64,000 nt of DNA. Source: an uncultured bacterium. Lineage in GTDB: Bacteria > Krumholzibacteriota > Krumholzibacteriia > Krumholzibacteriales > Krumholzibacteriaceae. The notes below the pieces were generated by a model. That model was not told where the DNA came from, ran no database searches, and was given only the letters and a program-made list of their open reading frames with translations. Positions 26,733 to 36,437 of this stretch are shown here, one piece after another. Within the stretch, counting starts at the first letter, position 1, and each line of letters starts with the position of its first letter. A program made the position numbers and the translations under genes. The DNA is taken from the NCBI GenBank assembly GCA_963813815.1, contig CAWFAD010000016.1:480001-544000 (forward strand), written 5' to 3'.

Positions 26733-27971
26733 TCAGACCGTGAGCTCGCGGTGCGCCTCGACGAGCTTCGAGCGGATCGCGAGACCGTGCGGGCACGTCC
26801 CGTCGCAGGGCGCGGCGCAGCGGGCGCAGAGGGCGGCGCTGCGATCGGCCGGGAGCTTGCGGTAGAGCGAAATCGCCCGTTTCTCTTCGCCGTAGCTGTG
26901 GAAGTAGAGACGGTAGCGCAAAATCTCCGCGATCGGCACCTCCCGGGGACACACCGCGAGGCAGCTCGAGCATCCCGGACGGCAATAGTCGCGGTCGAGG
27001 AGCATGCCGTATCCCTCGAGCGCCTTTCGCTCCTCGGGGGTGAGCTCCGGCGCGCCCGAGGCCGCGACGTATTCGTCGACCTGCTCGATGCTCCGCATGG
27101 TGAGACAGACGGTGTCGAGATCCTCGTGAGCGAGCATCCATTTGATGACCGCCTGGCGGACGGTGGCGCCGTTCTTGGCGAAGGGTTGGTAGTCTATCTT
27201 TCGCGCCGCCGACAGGCTCTTCATCGCGACGACCGCCACGCCCTTTTTCTTGGCCCTCGCGAGGACGGGCTCGAGCCCCTTCGTCATGAAGTTCATGCCG
27301 GGCATGATCATGTCGATCGAGGTGTTGTCGACGAGCCATGCGAAATCCTCGACCATGCGCGGACCGTGCGAGCTCGCGCCCCAGCCGCGGATCTTTCCCG
27401 CCTGCTTCGCCTTTTCGAGCGCGGCGAGGACGTTCTGGTTCTCGATCTTTTTCGGGTCGGAGAGCTTCGGATCTTCCCCGACCGAATGGACGAGCATGCA
27501 GTCGATGTAATCGGTGTTGAGCCGCGCGAGGCTCTCGTCGATGCCCGTCATGACCTCGTCGGCGGTCGTGGAGGCCGTGACGAGCTCGGGGAGGAGCTTC
27601 GAGGTGACGAAGAGCTTGTCGCGCTTCGCGGGAAAGATCTTCCCGACGACGACCTCCATGTCGTAGTACTGCCGGGCCGTGTCGACGTAGTTGATGCCCC
27701 GTTCCATCGCGTATTCGAGGAGCGAGGGCTCCTGCATCCCGGCGTTTCCGAAGGAAACGTCCGAGACCTTCCAGCCAGTGCGCCCGAGGGCGCGGTACTC
27801 CTTGATCGCCGGCTTCGCCGCCGGCCCCGAAGCGGGATCCGACTGCGGGACGCCCGGAATCCCGGCGCGGAGGTTCTTCGCCGCGGCCAGCCCGAGGCCG
27901 GCCCCGGCGATCGAGGCGATGCTCCGCCCGATGAAGGAGCGTCGCGAGATAGGGCTCTTCGTGTCGCTCAT
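26733..27971 (-). CDS. Aldo/keto reductase with twin-arginine signal and C-terminal Fe-S motif
   Basis: SRRSFIG; YRALGRTG..VS, GINYVDTA..Y, AMK; C-terminal CRPGCSSC...CP and C..C...C...CP. Confidence 0.88.
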   Translation of the reverse strand: MSDTKSPISRRSFIGRSIASIAGAGLGLAAAKNLRAGIPGVPQSDPASGPAAKPAIKEYRALGRTGWKVSDVSFGNAGMQEPSLLEYAMERGINYVDTARQYYDMEVVVGKIFPAKRDKLFVTSKLLPELVTASTTADEVMTGIDESLARLNTDYIDCMLVHSVGEDPKLSDPKKIENQNVLAALEKAKQAGKIRGWGASSHGPRMVEDFAWLVDNTSIDMIMPGMNFMTKGLEPVLARAKKKGVAVVAMKSLSAARKIDYQPFAKNGATVRQAVIKWMLAHEDLDTVCLTMRSIEQVDEYVAASGAPELTPEERKALEGYGMLLDRDYCRPGCSSCLAVCPREVPIAEILRYRLYFHSYGEEKRAISLYRKLPADRSAALCARCAAPCDGTCPHGLAIRSKLVEAHRELTV

Positions 27972-28001
27972 GTGCACCTTCCTTTGGGTTTCGTGCCGCG
28001 C

Positions 28002-30098
28002 CTATTCCGCGTCGAGCTCGAGTCCGTAGCGGTCGCTGATATCGATCGGCGGCATCGGGCCGTCGAGCGGTTTCGCGTCGCGCACGTACCAGTCGAACCA
28101 GTCGAGCTGCCGGTAGAGGACGTCCGCGCGCCCGGGCTGCTTCGCGTTGCCGTGTCCTTCGCCCGGGTATTGGACGAGCCTCACCGCCGGATGATCGTTC
28201 ATCTTGAGAAGGCGGTAGAACTCGATGCTCTGCCCCGGATGGACGCGCGGATCGGCGGAGCCGCCGACGATGAGCACGGCCGTTTCGCTCTGACGCGCCC
28301 AGTAGATGGGGCTCCGCTCGAGGCTCTGCCGCCACATTTCCTCGAGCGGCTTGCCGGAGTGGACGTACAGCTCCTCGTAGGGGATGTCGGTCGTGAGACG
28401 TTTGCTCGTGAGATCGCTGATGCCGACGAACATACAGACCGCACGCACCTTCTTCGTGTAGTAGGACGCGAACCAGGCCGCCGCGTATCCGCCGTAGGAG
28501 CCGCCGGTGAGCCCGACGCGCGCGGGATCGACGACGCCGAGCGAGACGAGGTGATCGATCCCGTCCGCGATGTCGTCGAACTCCTTTCCCGCCGCATCGT
28601 TATACCCCGCGAGCGCGAAATCGAGCCCGTATCCGGTGCTCGCGCGGTAGTTCGGCAGGAGCACGGCGTACCCCGCGCCGGCGAACACCTGCGCGGGGGT
28701 GCCGTAGGAGCTCACCCATCCGTTCGAGTAATGCGACTCGGGTCCGCCGTGGACGATCACGATGAGGGGATAGCGCGTGCCGGTCTCGAAGCCGGCGGGA
28801 TGGATGAGGATTCCCTCGATCTCGAGCCCGTCGCGCGCCTTCCAGCGGATGACCTCCTGCGCGCCGAAATCGCGTTCGGCGAACGCGGCGTTCACGGCGG
28901 TGAGCCGCTTCGGCTGCTTCGCCTTGCCGTCCCAGACGTAGACCTCGCCCGGGCTCCGCGGCGTGGATCCCGTGAAGGCGAACCGCTTGAAATCCTTCGT
29001 GAAGCTCGGCGCGTCGAATATCACGCCCGCGGTCCTCGCGTCGAGGATGACGGAGCGCTTTCCGCCCTTCGCGGCGACGAGGCCGAGCGTCGGGTAGGCG
29101 CCCTCTCCGGCCCGGTACACGACGGTGTTCCCGTCCTTCCAGCCGACCCATTCGACGTGCCCGCGGAAGCCCGGCTCCGTGAGGTTGCTCGTCTTTCCGG
29201 TCTTCGCGTCGACGACGAAGACCTGGCTCTCGGCGTGGTCGCGAAGCTCCTTCGCGGCGTTGTAGACGATCATCGAACCGTCCGGGCTCCACGCGAAGCC
29301 GCCGAGCTTGCCGGGATTCGTCGAGAGCTGTTTCATATCCTTCGTCGCGGCGTCGATGAGCCAGATCTTCTGGAACATGTATTCGTGATCGACGAGGTTC
29401 TTCGGCGAGATGCCCGCCGCTATCGTCGCGCCGTCGGGGCTCCACTCGAAATTCCACACGGAGCACCCCTCGGTGAGGGCCCGCGCCTCGCCCGCTCCGC
29501 CGCCCTCGACGAGGTCGAGCACGTAGAGGTTTCGATTCTTGAGGCTCTCCTCGAAGTAGGTGAAGCCGTAGCCCTTCTCGTCGAGCGCCTTCTCGCGCTT
29601 CGTGTCCGGGTCGGCCGCGACGTACGCGACGCGGCGACCCGCGGGATGCCAGCGGAAGGACGAGACCCCCGACTCGGCCGAGGTCGCCTGCCGCGCCTCG
29701 CCGCCGCCGAGCGGTATGATCCACACCTGCGTTTTCGCCTTCTCGCCCCGTGCCATGAGAAAAGCGATGCTCGATCCGTCGGGGCTCCACTGTGGAGCGC
29801 CCGCGTTGACCTTGCCGGTGACGAAGGGGCGTACCTCGCCCGTCCCGAACGACGCGACGTAGAGCTCGCTGTAGGCGCGCCCCGCCTCCTCCTCCGCCGC
29901 CCGGGGGACGGAGACCGTGTAGGCGATCCATTCGCCCGAAGGGCTCATGGCGGCGGACGCCGGCCGCTTGCCATGGAGGACGTCGTCGGGCGAGACCTTC
30001 GCGCCGGCCGCCTGCGCGGCCGGGCGGGCGAGGAGCAGGAACGTCACGACGAGAGAGAGGACAGGGATGATGCGGCGCTCTGTATTCTGCATGCTCAT
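28002..30098 (-). CDS. S9-family (acylaminoacyl/dipeptidyl) peptidase, exported
   Basis: Signal peptide, PD40/WD-like propeller, VHGGP, GGSYGG, D.RV and EGHG catalytic triad. Confidence 0.92.
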   Translation of the reverse strand: MSMQNTERRIIPVLSLVVTFLLLARPAAQAAGAKVSPDDVLHGKRPASAAMSPSGEWIAYTVSVPRAAEEEAGRAYSELYVASFGTGEVRPFVTGKVNAGAPQWSPDGSSIAFLMARGEKAKTQVWIIPLGGGEARQATSAESGVSSFRWHPAGRRVAYVAADPDTKREKALDEKGYGFTYFEESLKNRNLYVLDLVEGGGAGEARALTEGCSVWNFEWSPDGATIAAGISPKNLVDHEYMFQKIWLIDAATKDMKQLSTNPGKLGGFAWSPDGSMIVYNAAKELRDHAESQVFVVDAKTGKTSNLTEPGFRGHVEWVGWKDGNTVVYRAGEGAYPTLGLVAAKGGKRSVILDARTAGVIFDAPSFTKDFKRFAFTGSTPRSPGEVYVWDGKAKQPKRLTAVNAAFAERDFGAQEVIRWKARDGLEIEGILIHPAGFETGTRYPLIVIVHGGPESHYSNGWVSSYGTPAQVFAGAGYAVLLPNYRASTGYGLDFALAGYNDAAGKEFDDIADGIDHLVSLGVVDPARVGLTGGSYGGYAAAWFASYYTKKVRAVCMFVGISDLTSKRLTTDIPYEELYVHSGKPLEEMWRQSLERSPIYWARQSETAVLIVGGSADPRVHPGQSIEFYRLLKMNDHPAVRLVQYPGEGHGNAKQPGRADVLYRQLDWFDWYVRDAKPLDGPMPPIDISDRYGLELDAE

Positions 30099-30123
30099 TC
30101 CTCCTGCACGCATGGGACCGGGA

Positions 30124-31596
30124 TCATGCCGCCTGGCCCGACGGCAGCTCGAGCCCGTACTTCTGGCGCTTGTCCGCGCCCCTCAGGAGCAGGGCGAGGA
30201 AAATCGATATGACGCCGAGCACGACGAGCATGAGAATCGGGATCGTGTAGTTGTAGGAAGCGATCTCGCCCGCGGCGCGCATTTCCTCGATTCTCGTCGA
30301 GACCTGCTCGAGAGGCAGCCCCTGGCCGATGAGCTGCTCGCGCGCCGCCTGCGCCTCCGCGATCACCTTCGGGTTCACCACGTCGAGCACCTTGCCGATT
30401 CCCCAGTAAAAGACCGAGAGGCCGTAGTTCTGAATCGTGAACATCGTTGCGTAGGCGGTTCCGAGCTTGTTCTCGGAAACGATCTTCGCGACCGACGGCC
30501 ACATGGCGGCCGGCACGAGCGAGAACGCGACGCCGAGCGCGAAGAGCCCGGTGTAACCGAGGATGACGCTGTCGAGGAGCGAGAGCGTGATGTGCGCGTA
30601 GATGAGAAGGATCGAGCCGAGGATCATGATCGAGGCGGCCCTGCCCTTCTTGTCGACGAGACGGCCGAAGATCGGCGTGAAGAACATCGTTCCGAGCGGA
30701 ATGAGGCCGCTGACCTTGGGTCCGTTGTGGAAGAAGGCGGTGACCTTTTCCCAGAAGGTCATCCCCCCGAGGTCCGGCATTTCGAAGGTGAACCCGAACT
30801 TGTTCACGAGGAGATCGGGCGCGTACTGCAGGAAAGGAAAGACGGCGGAGTAAAAGGCGACGCAGAGCAGCGAGATGTATATGAACGAGTGATCGGTGAG
30901 GAGCCTGCCGAGGTCGCTGAACTTGAACTTCTCCTCGTCGCACGGGGTGCCCTCCGCGGTCATCTCCCGGTCGAGCCTGACGTCGAAGATGAGGTAGACG
31001 AGGAAGAGGATCGTGCCGAAGAGGACGAGCGACGCCGCGGTGATCATGGCGACGCTGATGCTGTTCGAGGACCAGTCGAGGCCGAAGGAGATGGCGAGGT
31101 AGCTCCCGAGCCTCGCCACGAGCAGGTTGAGCCCCATGGCGAAGGCGAGCTCGTGCCCCTTGAACCATTTGACGATCGTTCTGCTCACGAGCACGCACGT
31201 CGTCTCGAGCCCCACCCCGAAAAGAATCCGGCCGATGATCATCGAGGTCATCATCGCCTTCGTCGACGAGCCGAAGAAGCCCTTGCTACCGAGGGCGACG
31301 ATGAAGGCGCCGATCGTGGCGATGAGGGCGAGCGCCATGCCGGTTTTCCGGATGCCCCAGCGGTCGAGCGCCATGCCGCCGAGGATGATCATGAGGGCGA
31401 GATTCGCCCACGTGGTCGAGCTCACGAGGAGCCCGTACTGAGAGCTCGTGAGGCCGAGCTGGCTCTCGAAGAGCCCCTTGAGCGGGCTCAGCACGTCCTG
31501 GAACCAGTACGTCCCGAACATGAGGACGCTGATCATGAAGAGAACGCTGAATCGGAGCGCAGCGGAATCCCTAAGCAGCCGTTTCGCCTGTTCCAT
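30124..31596 (-). CDS. MFS transporter, MFSD1-like
   Basis: About 12 TM helices; WFKGHELAFAMGL..ARLGS, LLCVAFYSAVFPF, AMWPSVA and GTAY..IQN.GL. Confidence 0.88.
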   Translation of the reverse strand: MEQAKRLLRDSAALRFSVLFMISVLMFGTYWFQDVLSPLKGLFESQLGLTSSQYGLLVSSTTWANLALMIILGGMALDRWGIRKTGMALALIATIGAFIVALGSKGFFGSSTKAMMTSMIIGRILFGVGLETTCVLVSRTIVKWFKGHELAFAMGLNLLVARLGSYLAISFGLDWSSNSISVAMITAASLVLFGTILFLVYLIFDVRLDREMTAEGTPCDEEKFKFSDLGRLLTDHSFIYISLLCVAFYSAVFPFLQYAPDLLVNKFGFTFEMPDLGGMTFWEKVTAFFHNGPKVSGLIPLGTMFFTPIFGRLVDKKGRAASIMILGSILLIYAHITLSLLDSVILGYTGLFALGVAFSLVPAAMWPSVAKIVSENKLGTAYATMFTIQNYGLSVFYWGIGKVLDVVNPKVIAEAQAAREQLIGQGLPLEQVSTRIEEMRAAGEIASYNYTIPILMLVVLGVISIFLALLLRGADKRQKYGLELPSGQAA

Positions 31597-31814
31597 GTGT
31601 CCTCCCCTTGAACGACATCGGCACACCGGGGCCGCCCGCGGACGGCCCTCGCCCGCGGCGCCGCGGCCGCCGGTGCGGCGTCCGCGCGCGGGCAGCGCCG
31701 ACTATACCAGAGTCGGGCCGTTTTGATAAGCTTTGACTGCCGGGCGCGCCGCGATGTAGAGTGGTGCGCCGGTACGTGATCCCGAGCCGGACCCTTCGAA
31801 AAGGAGCGTCTGCG

Positions 31815-33794
31815 ATGGCCGATGAATCGAGAAAGCTACATCCCGGCGCGTTCCGGGAGCTCGAGCCCGGTGAAACCTACGAGCCGATCGTGCCCGCGTC
31901 CGTTTCGACCTTCGAGGTGACGGCCCGCGCCGTCTCGATCGGGCTCATCATGGCGGTCATCTTCTCGCTCGCCTCGGCGTATCTCGCGCTCAAGGCGGGG
32001 CAGGGGATGGAGCCCGCGATACCGATCGCGATCCTCGCGGTCGGCATGGCGGGGCTCTTCGCGCGGCGGAGCACGATTCTCGAAAACGTGATCATCCAGT
32101 CGATCGGCGCGGCCTCGGGGGCGGTCGTCGCGGGAGCCGTTTTCACGATCCCCGCGCTCTATATGCTCGACGTCGAGGTGTCGTTCTGGCACATTTTCCT
32201 CACGGCCTTCTTCGGGGGCTGTCTCGGCGTCTTTTTCCTCATTCCTCTCCGGCAGTTTCTCATGGTCAAGGAGCACGGGAAGCTTCGCTTCCCCGAAGCG
32301 ATGGCGACGACCGAGATTCTCGTGACGGGGGAGGGCGCGGGTTCGCAGGCGAAGGTGCTCGTCTGGAGCGCGTCGGTGGCCTTTCTCTACGACCTCTTCG
32401 TTCTCAGCTTCGGCTTCTGGCGCGAGATCATCACCTTCCGGGCCGTGCGTTTCGGCGCGTGGCTCGAGGACCGCTTCTCGATGGCGTTCCGCGTCGACGG
32501 GCTCGCCGCGATCGTCGGGCTCGGCTACATCGTCGGGCTCAAGTACGCCTCGATCATCGCCTCGGGCAGCTTCCTTTCGTACCTCGTCTTCATTCCCTTC
32601 GTGAAATACATCGGATCCCACCTCTCCGGCGTCATTCCGCCCGGGACGGTGCCGATCGCCGAGATGGGGGTCGACGACATCTTCCGCAGCTACGTGCGGC
32701 TCATCGGAATCGGCGGGATCGCGGGGGCCGGGATCATGGGGATCATCCGGAGCCTTCCCTCGATCGTTCAGTCGTTCAGCATCGGGATCAAGGGGATCTC
32801 GGCGGCCCGGACGGGCGAGGGGGACGTCGCCCGGACGGACCGGAACATCAGCATGCGGGACGTTCTCCTCGGCATCGTCGCGATCGGCGTATGCCTGTGG
32901 ATATTCTTCGCGACGGGCGTGACCTCATCGGCCGTGGGGCTCGTCGGCGTCGTCATAGCGCTCGTCATTTCGTTTCTCTTCACCCTCGTCGCCGCGCGCG
33001 CGATCGGCCTCATCGGCACGAACCCCGTCTCCGGCATGACGCTCGTCACGCTCATCATCACGAGCGTCATCCTCACGAGAATGGGGCTTTCGGGCACCGA
33101 AGGGATGTTCACCGCGATGATCATCGGCGGCGTCGTCTGCACGGCGCTCGCGGTGGCCGGCGCCTTCGCGACCGATCTCAAGATCGGCTACTGGATCGGC
33201 TCGACCCCGCGCAACCAGCAGGCGTTCAAGTTCGCGGGCGTGCTCGTTTCGGCGGCGGCGTGCGCGCTCGCGATGATGCTCCTCGGGAGCACCTACACCT
33301 TCGGCTCGCTCGAGATGCCGGCGCCGCAGGCCTCGGCGATGCGCGAGATCATCGTCGGGCTCATGGGCGGGGGGGCGGGGGTCCAGTGGATCCTCTTCGC
33401 GTTCGGCGTCATCATCTCCGTGATCCTGGCCCTCGTGAGCGTCCCCGCGCTCGCCTTCGCGCTCGGGATGTACCTCCCGATACAGCTCAACACGGCGGTG
33501 CTCCTCGGCGGGTTCATCGCCTACCTCGTTTCGAAGAGCACGCGCGACGAGAAGGCCGTCAAGGAGCGCGGCGAACGAGGGGTGCTCGTCGCCTCGGGCT
33601 ACATCGCGGGGGGCTCGATCGCGGGCGTCGTCGCGGCGGTCATCGCGGCGACGGGACTGCAGGAGAAGATTCCCGCCGTGTGGCGCGGGGGACTCATGGA
33701 CTCGTGGGGCGAAATCACCGCGATCGTCATGGTCGCGCTCCTCTCGATCTTCATGTACCGGTACTCGACGCGGGCCTCGCACGCGCCGAAATGA
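31815..33794 (+). CDS. OPT-family oligopeptide transporter
   Basis: YL.LKAG, LENVIIQS, L.FPEA.A, NPVSG, DLK.G..IG.TP.NQQ and APQA motifs. Confidence 0.93.
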   Translation: MADESRKLHPGAFRELEPGETYEPIVPASVSTFEVTARAVSIGLIMAVIFSLASAYLALKAGQGMEPAIPIAILAVGMAGLFARRSTILENVIIQSIGAASGAVVAGAVFTIPALYMLDVEVSFWHIFLTAFFGGCLGVFFLIPLRQFLMVKEHGKLRFPEAMATTEILVTGEGAGSQAKVLVWSASVAFLYDLFVLSFGFWREIITFRAVRFGAWLEDRFSMAFRVDGLAAIVGLGYIVGLKYASIIASGSFLSYLVFIPFVKYIGSHLSGVIPPGTVPIAEMGVDDIFRSYVRLIGIGGIAGAGIMGIIRSLPSIVQSFSIGIKGISAARTGEGDVARTDRNISMRDVLLGIVAIGVCLWIFFATGVTSSAVGLVGVVIALVISFLFTLVAARAIGLIGTNPVSGMTLVTLIITSVILTRMGLSGTEGMFTAMIIGGVVCTALAVAGAFATDLKIGYWIGSTPRNQQAFKFAGVLVSAAACALAMMLLGSTYTFGSLEMPAPQASAMREIIVGLMGGGAGVQWILFAFGVIISVILALVSVPALAFALGMYLPIQLNTAVLLGGFIAYLVSKSTRDEKAVKERGERGVLVASGYIAGGSIAGVVAAVIAATGLQEKIPAVWRGGLMDSWGEITAIVMVALLSIFMYRYSTRASHAPK

Positions 33795-33805
33795 CGGGAG
33801 CAGGG

Positions 33806-35491
33806 ATGGCAGCGCCGGCGCCCGACAAGATCATCTACTCGATGCTCCGCGTGAGCAAGTTCTACGGCACGAAGCAGGTGCTGAAGGACATCTCGATATC
33901 GTATTTCTACGGCGCGAAGATCGGGGTCATCGGACTGAACGGCTCCGGCAAGAGCTCGCTGCTCCGCATCTTCGCCGGAGCCGACGCCGAGTTCAACGGC
34001 CAGGCCGTGCTCTCTCCCGGGTACACGGTCGGCATGCTCGAGCAGGAGCCCCGGCTCGACGATTCGAAGACCGTGCGCGAGATCGTCGAGGAGGGCGTGA
34101 AGGAGGTCGTCGACCTCCTCGCCGAGTTCAACCGCATCAACGAGAAATTCGCCGAGCCCCTCTCCGAGGACGAGATGGCGAAGCTCATCGCGCGGCAGGG
34201 CGAGGTGCAGGAAAAGCTCGACCGTCTCGACGCGTGGGATCTCGACTCGCGGCTCGACCTTGCGATGGACGCCCTGCGTTGCCCGCCCGGGGACACTTCC
34301 GTCGGCGTCCTCTCGGGCGGCGAGCGGCGGCGCGTGGCGCTCTGCCGGCTCCTCCTCAAGAAGCCCGACATCCTGCTGCTCGACGAGCCGACGAACCACC
34401 TCGACGCCGAGAGTGTGGCGTGGCTCGAACAGCACCTCCAGCGATACGCAGGCACCGTCATCGCCGTCACGCACGACCGGTACTTTCTCGACAACGTGGC
34501 CGGGTGGATACTCGAGCTCGACCGCGGCGAGGGGATCCCGTGGAAGGGGAACTACTCCTCGTGGCTCGATCAGAAAAAAGGCCGGCTCGCGCAGGAGGAG
34601 AAGACGGAGTCCGATCGCCAAAAGACGCTCGAGCGCGAGCTCGAGTGGATCCGCATGGCGCCCCGGGCCCGCCACGCGAAGTCGAAGGCGCGCATCCAAT
34701 CGTACGAGAGCCTCCTCTCGCAGGAGAGCGAGCGGCGGGCGCGGGAGCTCGAGATATTCATACCGCCGGGGCCGCGCCTCGGAGGAGTCGTGATACGGGC
34801 CGAAAACGTTTTCAAGGCGTACGGCGACAACATTCTCATGGAGAAGATGAGTCTCTCGCTTCCGCCCGGCGGCATCGTCGGCGTCATCGGCCCGAACGGC
34901 GCGGGCAAGACGACGCTCTTCCGCATGATCACCGGCGAGGAGAAGCCCGATTCCGGAACGATCCGTCTCGGCGACACGGTGACCCTCGCCTACGCCGATC
35001 AGGACCGGAGCCTCGATCCCGGAAAATCGGTGTGGGAGACGATCTCCGAGGGGAAGGACACGATCCTCCTCGGCGGCCGGGAGGTCAACTCGCGCGCCTA
35101 CGTCGCGCGGTTCAACTTCTCGGGGACCGACCAGCAGAAGAAGCTCTCGATGCTCTCGGGGGGCGAGCGAAACCGCGTGCACCTCGCCCGGACGCTCAAG
35201 CGCGGCGCGAACGTGATACTGCTCGACGAGCCGACGAACGATCTCGACGTCAACACGATGCGCGCCCTCGAGGACGCCCTCGAGGCGTTCGCGGGCTGCG
35301 CGGTCGTGATCAGCCACGACCGGTGGTTCCTCGATCGCGTCGCGACGCACATCCTCGCCTTCGAGGGGGAAAGCTCGGTCTTCTGGTTCGAGGGGAACTA
35401 CTCGGAGTACGAGGAGGATCGCCGCCGCCGCGTCGGCGCCGCCGCCGACCAGCCCCACCGTATCAGGTACCGACATCTCACGAGGGAATAG
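33806..35491 (+). CDS. ettA: Energy-dependent translational throttle protein EttA (ABC-F)
   Basis: IIYSM..V.K, GAKIGV.GLNGSGKS, two ABC domains and LERELEW.R..P.AR..KSKAR. Confidence 0.95.
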   Translation: MAAPAPDKIIYSMLRVSKFYGTKQVLKDISISYFYGAKIGVIGLNGSGKSSLLRIFAGADAEFNGQAVLSPGYTVGMLEQEPRLDDSKTVREIVEEGVKEVVDLLAEFNRINEKFAEPLSEDEMAKLIARQGEVQEKLDRLDAWDLDSRLDLAMDALRCPPGDTSVGVLSGGERRRVALCRLLLKKPDILLLDEPTNHLDAESVAWLEQHLQRYAGTVIAVTHDRYFLDNVAGWILELDRGEGIPWKGNYSSWLDQKKGRLAQEEKTESDRQKTLERELEWIRMAPRARHAKSKARIQSYESLLSQESERRARELEIFIPPGPRLGGVVIRAENVFKAYGDNILMEKMSLSLPPGGIVGVIGPNGAGKTTLFRMITGEEKPDSGTIRLGDTVTLAYADQDRSLDPGKSVWETISEGKDTILLGGREVNSRAYVARFNFSGTDQQKKLSMLSGGERNRVHLARTLKRGANVILLDEPTNDLDVNTMRALEDALEAFAGCAVVISHDRWFLDRVATHILAFEGESSVFWFEGNYSEYEEDRRRRVGAAADQPHRIRYRHLTRE

Positions 35492-35513
35492 GCGCCGGCG
35501 CCGCGCCCGGCAT

Positions 35514-35547
35514 AAAAAATGAGAGGCAGGGTTTCCCCTGCCTCTCA
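35514..35547 (-). terminator. Intrinsic terminator
   Basis: 12-bp stem TGAGAGGCAGGG/CCCTGCCTCTCA followed by T6 on the minus strand. Confidence 0.85.
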
Positions 35548-35594
35548 CCGCCACTGCTGGCTGGAACCTGCGTCCTTCTCCGATGGTATTCCCG

Positions 35595-35927
35595 CTATTC
35601 GATAGTGGGAACCACCTTGGTGCAATCGAGCTTGATCAAAACAGGAGCGCAGATCTTCTTCGCCACGAAGAGGCCGTCAACTTCCTCGCCGAATACCTTC
35701 ACCGTCTGTCCGACCACGAGCATATCGAAAGTACCCAGCGCCTGATCGATCGATACGACGGTCTCGGCCGTCGTATAAACCGTCACGTCCGCGACGACAA
35801 ACGTCTTCGCGTTATAGTCGATCTGCGTGATTGCGCCATACAGATCGGGGGAATGCTCCGCAAACGTCGCTGCAGACGTGCAGAGGAGAATGGCGCCAAC
35901 CATCAGAGCCGAATATAGTTTGTGCAT
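35595..35927 (-). CDS. Small exported DUF5666-like protein
   Basis: GGAGG RBS, signal peptide, and G.IT.ID...F.V...V...T...L.VG.TVKV.G...F.A.KI pattern. Confidence 0.7.
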   Translation of the reverse strand: MHKLYSALMVGAILLCTSAATFAEHSPDLYGAITQIDYNAKTFVVADVTVYTTAETVVSIDQALGTFDMLVVGQTVKVFGEEVDGLFVAKKICAPVLIKLDCTKVVPTIE

Positions 35928-36090
35928 AATGTACACCTCCCTTCGATGCTGGTTGCGGGACGAACGATACCGCGCGAGATCACGTGCACGATACGCATTC
36001 CGGTCCCCGTGAAAACTCGGGATGCCAAAGAAACAAAGCGCCCCGCGAGAATTTATTGGTACCCTGCACACCCTTGTGGGTAACGGGACG

Positions 36091-36119
36091 ACAATACCGT
36101 AATCGAAAAAAGCTGTCAA
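36091..36119 (-). promoter_or_regulatory. sigma70 promoter
   Basis: Minus strand TTGACA-17 nt-TATTGT. Confidence 0.6.
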
Positions 36120-36251
36120 GCTGATTTTCATATTTATTATTTCTTATGAAACGTTATGCGAGCGCAATCGTGGGCGAATTTCGTTTCGCAACGAGGCGGC
36201 AGAATGCCGCGAGCTCCACGGGCCGGCGCTTCTGATATGTCGGAAATTATC

Positions 36252-36269
36252 CTGTGAAAATTAACACAG
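36252..36269. promoter_or_regulatory. CRP/Rex-like palindrome
   Basis: CTGTGAAAATTAACACAG in an AT-rich divergent intergenic region. Confidence 0.4.
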
Positions 36270-36437
36270 TGTAAAAACGTCAAATACTATTTATGGGATA
36301 AATAAACAGTTACGGTTGCCAATTAATAATTTCTATTTATAAGGCCTCCGGTGGGCGGATCGAGGCATTTCGGTACGTGTTATGCGGTTCTGTGAATATG
36401 CATGGCGGCAACAGGTCGGAAAAAGGCAAGGTGAAAC

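Noticed and set aside
26733..27971. Tat-signal aldo/keto reductase as a novelty
   Set aside because: Twin-arginine AKR-FeS proteins are a widespread known architecture.
25890..30212. 1440-aa plus-strand ORF and many other long Arg/Ala-rich ORFs in the track
   Set aside because: Shadow frames caused by high GC; recognisable genes occupy the opposite strand or another frame.
32459..33805. Apparent N-terminal extension making EttA 1010 aa
   Set aside because: Out-of-frame overlap with the OPT gene; EttA homology starts near 33806.
35930..36085. Long 5' UTR of the DUF5666-like gene as a riboswitch
   Set aside because: No recognisable aptamer consensus or terminator by eye.
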